DNA of 64,000 nucleotides from Thalia democratica (Eukaryota): positions 26,784,001-26,848,000 of the forward strand of contig OZ241827.1 in NCBI GenBank assembly GCA_965202585.1, written 5' to 3'. Numbering within the stretch: the stretch's first letter is position 1; the number at the start of each line of letters is the position of its first letter. The notes beneath the pieces are model-generated. The model had not been told where the DNA came from, searched no databases, and worked only from the letters and a program-made list of their open reading frames with translations. Made by a program: the position numbers and the translations under genes. Below are positions 25,901 through 37,330 of this stretch, piece after piece.

Positions 25901-28900
25901 GCTTCTGGAAAAATTTAAAAACAATAAATTTAGCTTTTTGATAAATCTAAACTAAAAACAGATTAGCATCGTATTGACTTTTTGTATCTCGGACTGCTAA
26001 CTTTAGCAAAAAATATAAAATTTTGTTCTGTTTACACCAGTGGCGTAGCGTGGTACTTTGGTCAGGGGGTGCGCAAATTTTTTTCTCAAAAAACCTCTAA
26101 ATTAAAACTTTTGTAACTAGCTATAAAAAAACTTTTTATAAGTAATATGATTGAAATAAATTTATTAAGTAAAACAAGTTCGTTAACTGTTTTAAAAAAT
26201 ATTTATATATTACAAAATTAAACAATTAAATAAAAGTATAAATTTCATTAGAATTACTTATACTTGCAAAAATGTAAACTTACTAAATAAAAATTGTTTT
26301 TATAATTAATAGTAAACTTTATATCTTTAAAAATTAATATATTCAATAAAACGAAAGTATCTGTTTTATTTACGAAAAAATATCAATCTCTTTAATATAC
26401 AATACGACAGTGATAACAACACCTCATTGCATATAATTTTAATAAAGTTACACAGAAGTTAAAATAGACCAACTTTATAACTGTTATTACAGTTTATTAC
26501 AACTTTGTAAAATAGTTAAAAGTATACTTTTTAAATTTAATTCACTTGATTGTATTTGTTTAAAATAAAAATCACAAACAAAGTTTATTTCTCATAGGCC
26601 GACACGCTTATCTTGTATGTTTACAAAAATAAAATTTGGAAAACTAGCAGTAGTCTTAACAATGTAGCATAAAAAAAAAGTTGTAAAATTGTTTAATTTT
26701 TCTTTAAGCGTGACGTATTTTTGTAAACTTTTTTGTAGAAAAATAATCTGCCATAAGGTTATACTACAGCGGTGCGCTATATTAATTGCGTACTGTTTGA
26801 GTCTAAATTCTTATGAAGTTAATGAACTTATAAAATTTTTCCTTATGGAGTTTTTCATCAACATCGGTGCGCATTTGCAATTACGCACCGAATCAGTATA
26901 TTAAGTAATAACATGTACTTTCCTAACTTGTCACTAATTGGTATTCAAAATTTCGTTTAACTTTTTGAATACTAGATAAACATAGTTGAAAAAAGGCAAA
27001 TTAAGCAGAAAAAATAAACTATAAAGGATAAAGATATTACATTCTTTTTTTTACATTTTTCTTTTTTTGGGTGGCACGCATGCGCCAGTGTCCCTCCCCA
27101 CGCAACGCCCCTGGTTTACACTACTAGCAGCTGTCAATAGAACTCGATTTTACGCGAATTATAACCGGAAGTTTACATTTTCCCGAATAAAGGAGTGCAA
27201 AAACAACCAGAAAATTAAACAATTTACTTTGGCGTTTACAGTTAATACCCACTGATTAAGCTAAATTGTTGCCAAGAAAGCGAAGAAAATAATCACCTCT
27301 CATGAATAAAACAGTCAGCAAGTGTTGAGCTGTCAGCACAAAAACCGGATGAGTTACTCAACCTCTCTTCACTGTTTTTTTTTTGTTCTGGCATGCATAT
27401 GACGTGTCAGGTAATTGATAATAGCCTTCATAGAGTTCGGTTTATTCGTTCAAATTGTTTCGAATTGCAACGCCTATTTATCGCCTCATCCCCGCTCAAA
27501 TCAATCATCGCACCGCCGATTTTTTCCTTTTCCATGTGATGGGAGCTTCAATGCTTCTTTTGTGCTCGCGCCTTTCAAGGGATAATCGCCAAAAAGCCCG
27601 CCTTTTTTAGAAAGAACATATTTCCCTGTTAGGAATAATATTTATATTAAAGGTGATGTCATTAAAAGCGCAATAGCTTCCGACACCTAAAAAATGTTAT
27701 CCATCATTATTGGGTTTGTCTAATAATTGAACTTCCATTAAAAAGCTCTTAACGTTATTGAAGTCTGGCAGCAAAAATGTTTGTTTAAACAAATAGTTGT
27801 TTTCAATGTTATTAAATTCTGAAAATTTCCTACCACAATGCAGTCTCTAGATTTGCCAGAGCATTAGCCAAGATTTTCCACGCGCCACTGATTTCTTTTA
27901 TGACGTCACAAAGGCGCCCCCTGGTTGCCCTTTTGACGCCGCAGAGCAGCGCCCCTTTGTCTTTTATGTTTTCGTCAAATATTTGAGTTAGCTTTTGCTT
28001 GAGCGAGTTTGGTGCATCGTCATCGTTCAAGAAAAGCTTTGCGGCTGACATGCGAGTTTTTCACCCGTGCACTTTTTCTCAGGCTCCGCTCTGAAAGCAG
28101 ATCTTCAAGGCCACACTCGTTACTCTTTTTACGGGTTAAGGCCGGCTGATTGATGGACTTCGTTATTGAGAGCCACGGAGGCAGCGGTGCGTGCAAGCAA
28201 GGTTGGGATGGCTTTCGCCTGAGCGCATTATCCGCGTAGTTGCGTAAACAAACATTTTGTGCATGAAAGCAGGCTCGTTTTGACAGGCCGTTGCTAAATT
28301 TAGTTGACCGAACGTCTGCTTTAAAAAGGCTATTCATTTTGGTTATTGCCGGCCCCCATCATAAAACGGGCTCGGTAATTTCTTAATGAGCTTAACAAGT
28401 CAACACACAACAAAACGCAAGATGAGTTAACTGTCTTCCGCAGACTTTGTTTGTGCAAAATCCCACCGTTCGGGTTGTTCTTCAGCGTTAAGCGTTTTCT
28501 TCTTGGTTTAATGAGCTTAAGTTTTTTGTGCTCGGCTACTGCGCTTTAAATATTTTAACTACCTTTAGATAGACACTGTAAATCGCTTAATGTCGTCGCA
28601 ATTTGTGCCCAGACACAAATCAGTTAAACTTTCTGTTTTCAAAATAAACTTTTGCGGACTTTGTTTAAACATAAACAAAAAATAATATTTTCTGACGGCT
28701 TTTAATTTTTATAAGTTGTCGAGCGAGGTTAAGATAAGGTTCAATTTCGAAGCTTCATCTTAATTATTTGTAATCGATCATCGCAGTATAAAATTTTAAA
28801 ATTTTCTTCTTTATTTTTAACTTTAACTTAATAGTCGTGTGAAATTGCCGCATCCAAATAAAAACTTGGTGTTTTTTCGTGTTATTTTAACCCGTATGTC

Positions 28901-31900
28901 GTCATAATACGAAATTTAACCCCGGCGTTGTGTTCATTTGTTTTAATTAGTCCGGTGTTGAATTGTTTTCGCAGCAATTTGCCAGCGTCCGGTGGTAACT
29001 TGATGTGATGGCAATTTGGGAGCGTGTCGTGTTTCTAATTGTTTCTTTTTGTTTTCAGATTCCCCGCCGACTGTTGAAAGCGCTGCAAAGTCTTTATCGG
29101 AAGAGTTAGTTTTTGTTTGTTTTTACACAGCTATTGTGTTACATCGTTTTTTTAAGTATTTGTTCAACTATCTATGGTGTATTTACAAATTTTGAATTAT
29201 AGTAACTTTGGTTATGTTTTTAGTTTTACTAGTGAACAATTTTTAGATTTAAGTGCATTATAGTTGAAATATATTTTGAAGTAGTTCTATTGAACAATTA
29301 CCGGATTTTAATGTAAGGCACAAGTTAAATACTTAAAAATATTTAAATACTTTTTTTGGTTTAAGCTTTTAATTAAATATATCGTAAAAAGCACAGCGGT
29401 TTTTGATTGATTTGGTTTTACGTAGGTTGCATTTTAATTGGAGAGCAATTTTTAGATCAAATTAAAACATTGTAAGCATCTGAGGTTATTATGAGTGTAA
29501 TCGCTTAAATATTTCCGTATTCGTATGAAAACGAGATTTAATTTATACTTTGGTTTAGTTTTGAAAACTTCGAAAATTACGAAGTATTTATTTAGTCATG
29601 TGAACCTTTTTGTCTGGTGTTGAAAATACTTTTTTTCTTACTAACTGTAAGATATAAATTTAATAAGCAAAAATGGACTTAAATTTTTTTTTAAATTTAT
29701 TTCAATACTTAAGTATAAAGTATAAGTGTAAAACAAAAAAATGTTAACGCAGTTTTCCTGTGATGGTTTAAATTTGATTAATATTTTTTTATAATGGACG
29801 CTCTGTTTTCAAAATTCAGTTAAAATGTTCCAAAACTAATATTTAAATTCTACATTAAAAGATACATTTTTTTCGAAAGCTTAACAACATCTGAGATTCA
29901 CTTATTACCGTTATGCATGTCTATAATGTAAATCCCTTCTAAATTTATGTACATATTTATATTTTAATTACCTAGATATTTAAAACGGTTTCTAAAAAAT
30001 GTTAAGTTTGTAATTTTAAACTTTGTCTATACTTGAAAAAATTAAAAGGAGGAAGTTTAGTAGAAAGCGTAAATATATTTTTTGTTTCAGTTTGTAAACA
30101 TTAACTTAATTGTAAAGTGAATATTTAAATAACTTTGTGAAAATTCAGTAAGCTTACATTTTAAAAGCTAATTTGTATTTAGTTTTTATAGTTCATAGAA
30201 AATTGTATTTTTTAATAACAAGTATGTGCTCCATCATAGCCAGCAAAAAAAGCACGTGACGAAGAAAACACCTTCAGCAAGCAACAGTGACGTTACAATA
30301 CCCGATAAATGCGAACATAGTGACGTCACAAAGGCTCCGTTGTTGAGTTCCGTGTCGTTCCCGCTCTTGCAATCATCTTCTCCCGCCACCAGTTCCAGCA
30401 AGCCGAGTTCCGAACCGAGCCAGCAGCTGTACCGTGTTCAAGTAAGGCGTGATGCTTTTTATTTTTCATGCTCAAGTTAATTGACATTTTAAAGTATACA
30501 AGTTGTATAACAAAAATAATTTAAATAACTAACATTGACATGTTGTATTTTTGTGAGAGAAGCTGCTGTTAAAAGAAATAAGTCAGAAAAACAACAAAAA
30601 TTGTCGTTCGTATACACGTTTAACAATAAAAGCTATACGACTTATAAAATTCTTACTAAAATTAAAGTTCATGAAAGTTGTCTTTTTTTTTATTGCACAT
30701 ACTTTAATTTTAGTTTTACGTGTGAAGTACTGTGTTTTAAGAACAAAAAAAACTTTTAATTACTACGCAAGTGTTTTTACATCAGCGTATAACATACCTT
30801 GTTTATTTAATGACATCAAATGCATATGAACCTTTCGTTAAACTATGTAAACTGAGCTGATAAGTTTTTTTTTGCTGATTAAGACCATTTAAAGTTTTAC
30901 GATCTTGCAATTTTGCTTTCTTTTTTGTTATCGTACAAAATTGTTTTGCTCGTCTAATTTTAAAATTATCATGTCTAAGCATGTTAGCCATTACACGAAA
31001 AACGCTGATCGGAACTAGTGTAATTTAAAACAAAACTTTCTCCATCAAAACTAAACTTTAATGTTTATGCGGTTAACACTCGAAGGAATTTGATAATCTT
31101 TAAAATAAAAAGCAATAGTATATATAAGCTGCTAAAAAAAGGTGAAAATTTTGTCTTGTTAATGTTAATAAATTCGCTGCGAAATCGGCTTTAATATTCA
31201 CTTTGCCGCCAATGACCCAGTTCGAAGGGGAGGTTGAAAATAAATCCACGCATTATCCCAATAACTAGCACAATGCTTGAAAAGACGTAACCTATTTATT
31301 ATTGAAGCTGAAATTCACGAAGTTTACAGAACTTTATCGAAAAAGTGCTAACAAAGTTGTGAATACTTTTGAACTAAATTTCGAATAACTTTGTTTTATA
31401 TATTTTTTTTATTATATTACATAAGTTTTAGTACCTCAAGTGTTTTGTCGAAAGTTTAAATGTTGCCAATGAGCCACACCTGTTAATTTACTATTGGTAT
31501 TTTAACAGTTTTAAGAACTTAAGTTTTTATCTCTTAAAAGCGCTGGTTTGAGTTTGACAAAGATATCTAAGTTTGTATGAAACCATTAAAATTATGCTTT
31601 TTATTTTTATACCCTTTTATAGTGTTTAGTATTTTCTAATATTCCATAAACCTAAATTTTAATCAAAATTTTGAATGAGTTGAGTAAATATATTGTATGA
31701 AAGTTATTACAGTTTACTATGTTTTTTCTTTCAACTTATTTTTTACATACGCACACAGCTCCTTTGTATAGTTTATATAAACATCGATAACTATTTTTCG
31801 ACATACTTATATAAACTTTTATTTAAGCTTTATTTCACCTGTTTTTAATCAGTCTTTTTTATATTAGTTTTCATCTCTTAGCTTATGATACTATGTTAAA

Positions 31901-32665
31901 GTTATCAACTTTTAAAAATGAATTATAAGATAATTCGAATTAAATGTAAATCATTACATTTTTCTGAAATTTTACAACTAAATAACAGCTAAAGTGGCAA
32001 AGTTTAAAATGTTAAACACTTGATTTTGTGGTAACTTTATAATTAACATAATTCGGCAAACAAATTTTAATATTTATTTGATTAGCTTATTGAGGTTTTG
32101 TAATTAATAATTAAACCGCGCCGTGTCAATTAAAACTCCATCACTTTGTTGTAAATTTATCATACTATTGGTTAAACGCTACAAGGTTGCATCAGAACTG
32201 TTTGCTTTTAAACTGCAAAACACTTCAAACAAAGTTGTTTGTTCAAAGTACCTCTATAAATGTTCACCATGTGAGCAAAATTTTCTTCATCAAAAAATAA
32301 GTATTTATGTTTGAAATTACAATAACTTCTTGATCAAAACATAAGACACAAATTCTCTTTGTTCGTCAAAAAATCTCATGCTTGTATTTTTAGTAAAGCA
32401 AGTGTCGCAGAGCCAAATCATCAAAACAAGTATTTATAGTTATACACTATGAGGTAGTGTTTAAATTTGGTATTTAAAAGTACGATTGTTTATATATAAA
32501 ACAGAGGAAATAAAAAATAATTTTTACACATGTTTCAGGTTTAATGTTTCTGCAAACAAATAAATAAATAAATATATATGTATATATATACATATATATA
32601 TGTATTCACTGTACAGCTGTGACAAACAATTTGTTTTTTGTGTGTTGCAGCCACCCACAGTTTAG
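7933..32665 (+). CDS. Gene A: multi-exon nuclear protein with a single N-terminal C2H2 zinc finger (start exon not identified)
   Basis: Phase-consistent exon chain: 7933-8062, 9715-9862, 11209-11362, 13420-13638, 15760-15909, 20648-20848, 25615-25680, 29059-29104, 30240-30441, 32651-32665, all with AG/GT borders. Exon 1 encodes YCCMVCKSSFITVTQALIHFKTMH (C-x2-C-x12-H-x4-H). SUMO-type motifs VKVE and IKLE and an NLS-like PPRKKK are present. The last two exon boundaries are least certain. Confidence 0.7.
8587..8606. repeat. (TA)n microsatellite
   Basis: A run of TA dinucleotides read directly; boundaries approximate. Confidence 0.8.
15100..15117. promoter_or_regulatory. 18-bp perfect palindrome containing a CRE/ATF site, in an intronic CpG-rich island
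   Basis: TGTTATGACGTCATAACA is self-complementary. A half-site (TACGTCAC, ~15074) lies nearby within a GC-richer island at ~15060-15330. Confidence 0.6.
16238..16311 (+). other. Candidate cassette exon of gene A encoding a hydrophobic stretch
   Basis: AG acceptor (16237 or 16240) and GAG|GTTTGG donor. It is in frame with the preceding exon and reads AVQKKVISFLSLICAVTTGVVALSE. It changes phase, so it needs a partner exon. Confidence 0.35.
16549..17985. mobile_element. Non-autonomous hAT element (1437 bp)
   Basis: Left end CAGAGGCGTGTTTTGACT; right end (reverse complement) CAGGGGCGTGTCTAGACT. The 8-bp flanks are TTGCACAC (16541-16548) and ATGCACAC (17986-17993), a 7/8 match. GTGAACCCC occurs subterminally at both ends. 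No transposase ORF. Confidence 0.85.
17221..17646. mobile_element. MITE-like inverted-repeat element inside the hAT element
   Basis: GAATGATGTCGCACCAATATCAAGCTGAAATTAT (~17233-17266) is inverted at ~17602-17635 with one mismatch. The arms extend to GGTAAT (17221) and ATTACC (17646). No clear TSD. Confidence 0.65.
19860..24200. promoter_or_regulatory. Cluster of CpG-rich intronic islands (putative enhancers) around exon 20648-20848
   Basis: GC/CpG-rich patches lacking consistent splice or coding structure. They contain TATGACGTCATA (20055-20066), a Su(H)/RBPJ-type TTCCCACG (20031-20038), many CRE half-sites and several CAGGTG/CACCTG E-boxes at 23740-23935. Confidence 0.5.
21354..21377. repeat. 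Poly-C (C24) homopolymer; G24 on the minus strand
   Basis: 24 consecutive C residues read directly from the sequence. Confidence 0.95.
26038..27113. mobile_element. Non-autonomous hAT element (1076 bp)
   Basis: TIRs CAGTGGCGTAGCGTGG and (reverse complement) CAGGGGCGTTGCGTGG. Perfect 8-bp TSD GTTTACAC at 26030-26037 and 27114-27121. Internal GGTGCGC subterminal motifs; no ORF. Confidence 0.9.
27125..29000. promoter_or_regulatory. CpG-rich intronic island (putative enhancer)
   Basis: Perfect ETS consensus ACCGGAAGT (27164-27172), CRE TGACGTCA (27901-27908) and visibly elevated CpG relative to the flanking intron. Confidence 0.45.
32572..32602. repeat. Interrupted (TA)n microsatellite
   Basis: ATATATATGTATATATATACATATATATATG, just upstream of the 32651 acceptor. 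Confidence 0.75.
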
Positions 32666-32934
32666 TCGCAATTAAGTCCCCTCTTCAATTATTCATGTGC
32701 AAGTCTTCGTCGTCGTGCGAAATAAAGCGAGTATTTTTACCTGCAAGCTGACATTTTCGTTTATTTTTGGAATTTCGTTGCTTTCTGAGATAGCGATGAC
32801 GTCATTTAGCTTCTGTTTACATTGATATATATAAAGAGCGAGTCTTGCTGCTTGCTTTAGTTCCGCTATTCTTTTATTGTGCACACATCGAACAATAACT
32901 ACGTGTTTTTTTCGACTTATTTTGTATCAATACG

Positions 32935-32940
32935 AATAAA
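32935..32940 (+). terminator. Candidate polyadenylation signal of gene A
   Basis: AATAAA ~270 bp after the predicted stop at 32665, followed by T-rich sequence. The hexamer is common in such AT-rich DNA. Confidence 0.3.
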
Positions 32941-33229
32941 AGGCTAACTATTAAAACGACTAGTTTTAGTATTATTTTACGTTTTAATAGTTAAGTAAAC
33001 TAATTAGCAGTAAGTGAAGTGTTTTCATTTTCTACATTAGCAGAAAGTTTGCATTGAAAATGTATATTTAAGTAAATGTGTAAATTAGATAAGTTACTGT
33101 TTAAAATCATAACTTACATTATTTTTTAGTTAGTTTTAGTTTCTTTTTGGTTTTGACTTTTTGCAAACAAATAGTTTCTTTTCAATAGTCAAGTACTTAA
33201 ATTAAATCTGCAGTTTTTGTTCAACCATA

Positions 33230-36200
33230 AAACCTGGCTGTCATAGACAAGTCAACTCACTCCACCCCACGAGTCTCGCTCTAGCAAAAAAAAAAAAAGC
33301 GACGAACCTTGTTATGACATCATAACCCGACTTCCTCTGCGCAAAAATTCACACCTGGCTGGTCATCACCTTGTCACGGTCGACCGACCCGAACAAAACT
33401 CATCGCCGCTCGGCTTTAATCCCCCCAATCCGCACATAATATGACAGCGCGTCTCTCTGCAAACTGTTTTCTGTTGCGCCGGCCAACACCGGACTCCTTG
33501 CCACGGTGTCGCCCCGGCAAGTGAGATTATTTCAACTTTCGCCCCCAACGTTTGTTGTTTGCTCTCTGACAGCTTTAAGCAGGTGAGTTTTATCTGCGTT
33601 GAGCGCAAGCGTAAACAAAACGGGCGAGATAACGAAGGTTTTATTGGCCGGCCGCGCGATTAGTTTTTCTCACCAGTGAAACCCGATTAGATAAAAAGCG
33701 ATGAACTTTTAGCAGCAGACAAGTCTGTTTTAATTTTTTTCCGTTGAACTAACAGCCACAACACTTCGAGAAATTTGCCTTTCGTGAAATTTATGATATT
33801 CAAAGGTCTTACAAACCGCGCTCGCAGAAAAAAAAAATTAAATCCGGCTACTGCGGTAAAACAGTAAAAATAAAATCTCGCAGCGAATTTCGCTAAGCAA
33901 AAAAAAAAAAACATCGCTGCAGTTAAAAGCGTCTCGCAAAAATAATATAATTATGACGTAGAATTTTCAACATATTTTCAGCCGCCTTTTTTTTCAATGC
34001 AAAATCGATAAAAGGCTGAGTGCTTCGTTTTTGTGACGTAAACCACTTTTTGCCTGCCGTGTGCTCGAAAAAATGATGTCACAAGAAGTTGGAAAAATGT
34101 TGAGTAACGTCATAATTGGCATAACATATGCACGAACTTTCGCTTGCTATTTAAAAACCGACCGTGTTTTTTTATTTACATTTTACTGCCATTAGCTGTT
34201 TACGAGCATTTTGTTTCCTTTGAAATAGTTCGTTGCTGACGCGTAGTCGTTGAATTGTTGCGTCACAGACCGGGAGTCGGTTTTTTTTTGCAGTTGCTGA
34301 CAGTCGATTTTATTGCGGTTTTAAAAAGCTGACGGCCTGTTTTATTCGTTTTAAAGTTTATTATTTTGTTTCTTTCGTTGAGAAACTCATGGCGGTTTAT
34401 TTTGCATTTTTATACATTTTATGACTTTCTTGGCACTGGATAAGTCTTTTTTGTTTTCTCCACACAAAGAACTATTATTTTTAGCGCGAATAAACTTTTG
34501 ACTCAATCGTTGCAAGCGTTTTTGTTGCGATCTCTTTGTTTAGGCTTTGTTCAAAAATGCTTTGTTTTAAAGCACGGCCGTAAGTAATGAAATCAAAGTT
34601 CATTTGACTATTTTTGCTGCCGATCTGTTAAATGCTGCGTTTTTGGCACGGTTTAAATACCTAAACAAGAATTAAGCCCGGATTTCAGTTCTTTTGTTAC
34701 GAGAGGAAATTTCTGTTTTTTGTCGGTTTTAACGCTAAGCTGTTAAAACTTGGAGCGCAAAAATTAAAACTTCAAAGGTTTGAGAGCAGAAAGTTACTAG
34801 AGCGTGAAATGACGTCACAAATGAGCAAAGCATGCGTCACAAAACCGTTAAGACAACGAAGATAATGAAGAGTGTTCGACCCGCTTCGTTACGACCGTGA
34901 AAACAAACTTGTGTTTACTTTAAGGCTTAGCCATCTCGTTGTCTTTTGGCTCGTTTGTTTGCGAAGCACAACGTCACAATAGGCTGAGCGCGAAAAAAAC
35001 TGCTGGTGGATCCTCGTGACGTCAATACGGTTTTGTCAAGTTGACTTGCGGCCAAGTGTGTTGGAGTTTGTTGTAACGTTATTAGTGCTTAACGCAAACT
35101 TGTTTTCGCGCGTAAGTAGCTGAAAGTTCAGCAACTTTTATTTATGTGTTTGAGTAGATATTTTCTTTAAGTTTTAACTTTTATGAAGATAAATTTGCAT
35201 ATAAAGCTAAATGAATATTCGAACTTGTTAGATTTTTTGTTTAGTAACATAAAAGTATGTGTGGTTTTTTTGTTTATGTTGTCAGTTTTTAGATGCTAGG
35301 ATGTGAAACATATCACCGTCAAAACAAATAAAAGTTCAAAGCGATTGTGACGCAGCCACCTCCAGACTTTTCAAAATAAAAACACGTCAAAATTTTGATG
35401 CCACGTCACAATATAAGCTTCCTCGTGGGAAGCTGACGTGTTTCCTGTTTGCAACATTTTCGATTCCTTCGATCGTCGGCGCTTGCAACTTTCCGTGCTT
35501 CGTCTGAACAACAAAAAAAACGAGAGAAGCGCACGAGAGAGGCGAGTGTGACGTCATTTTGAACTTCGACCAATGGCAAGTGCGCTGTAGCTCGCGGAAA
35601 GGTGCGCGAGGGCCGAATGACGTGGCCGCTCCTATTCTTTCTCTGCTCACAGCGCTCGCAACAAGCGCGCAGCAGAAAAAAAACGAGAGAAATTCCGCTT
35701 TTTTTCTTCTATGACGTAGCTAGGCGCTCAAGCGAGAGAGAGAGCAATGCCATCATCAGCAATCGTCACTCATTCATTCATTGTGCGGCTACTAGAGTGC
35801 CAGCAGCAGGCGAGGTGCAGTTTTTGTTTCAAACAAATTTTTCTGCTGTTTTTCGGCCGAAGCTTCGGCGGCTGACTGCATAGTTTTGAGTTTAGTTTTG
35901 GCGAATTGCGTATGTTGAGTGCCACTTGAACCTACGTCATAAAGTTGTTTTATTTGCTGAGAGGGCTTTTAATTTGCAGTCTGTCGACTTTTCGATGTTA
36001 GTTGTCACCTAGATCGTGATGTAACAGTCAGATAAGTTTTGTGAAAAGCACTTTGAGATATTTTTTTGAGGAGTTTTTTCTGTTGGATAATTTTTTTAAT
36101 TTATTGTTATGTCAGAACACTTCAAAAAAAAGTTATTTCAATAAAAGTTCAATTAGCTCTAACAAGCTTTCGACATTAAAAAGGTTTATGTGTTTATAAC

Positions 36201-37330
36201 TCCAGCTCTAACACTCGATTCATTTCAACAATAAACTTTAATTAAATTACGCTAATGACATTATTTTTGTGGTCGGTAACCAACCGCAGTGTTAACTTTC
36301 GCTCGGTGCTGTGTAAGCGAGCACATTACGAAACCAGAGACAAGATTTTTCATTACAGGCAATCGAACAATAAAAAGTTACGTCACTGTGATGACGCATT
36401 CGTGTCACGTTGCAAGAATTCTTTTCACTTTTGTTTGTCTTTGGCCGACCTCGTTTTAGAAAATTTTCACGCGCAACCGATAAGAGGTGGCTGTCAGAAA
36501 GAGCTCACAGTTTTTTTTTTTGTTCCAAAGCTGTCATTTCTTTTTGATTTTCAATTTAAATATTTAATTGGAGAAAACTATGCATGCAGGTTGAGATTTG
36601 TTTTGGCAAGAAAGAAGCATTGAGCCAGGTCAAGCAGTTAATTTAAATCAGCATTTTGTTTATTTTGCAGTTTAAATTTCTAATTGTCAATTATAAGCTA
36701 AACTGCATTGCAGATTAAACAATTAAGCATTTTTAAAGTTTGTAAAAATTAAATTAATGTTTTTCAAACTTTCTTATATCTAAAAATATATCTCTTTTTA
36801 ATCAATCATACGTAGCTTACAAACTACCTCGGGCCTGCGCTGAAAATAATCTCGCGTAAATTTAACATTATACTTTAAGCCGCAGCGAAAGATTAAAACG
36901 CAGTCAGCAAATATATGTTTCTGACTCGAGATGTTGTGATTGCAAATATTGCAAAAAAAAAAGTATAAATGAACTTTGTATAAAGGATGTTTTAGTAGCT
37001 ACCATTATTAATAAGGCGTCGCCGCGAGCCTTTTTCGCGAAAACTTATGTGTTTTGGGTTGTAACAGTCGGTGTCCCTTCTCTGCGCGCTTAACTCGACA
37101 TTCGAATTTAAAAGTCATCATTTCAGATTTTATCTTATAATTGTTACTACTTTTGTGCTCACTCTGTGCTAAACTCAACACAAAACGTCAAACGAAATGC
37201 CAGCGATGAAAACTCACTCGGGGAAGAGAGAAAACACGGTAATTGTTGTTTAGGTTTTTGTGTCATTTAGCAGCGCGCAATCGGTTTAAGCTTTTGAGCT
37301 GATTATTGCCAATTTACACACAAAGTTGCT
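33230..37330. promoter_or_regulatory. Large CpG-rich upstream/promoter region of gene B
   Basis: Perfect CREs at 34810, 35017 and 35549 with many half-sites, a T-box-type TCACACCT (33349-33356), a Su(H)-type CGTGGGAA (35424-35431), GA-repeat tracts near 35520-35750 and a strong donor AG|GTGAGT at 33582/33583. Confidence 0.6.

Noticed and set aside
32446-32470. TGAGGTAGT, a let-7-like 5' end
   Set aside because: Only the first 9 nt match, and no ~60-70-nt precursor hairpin is evident, just a tiny local stem.
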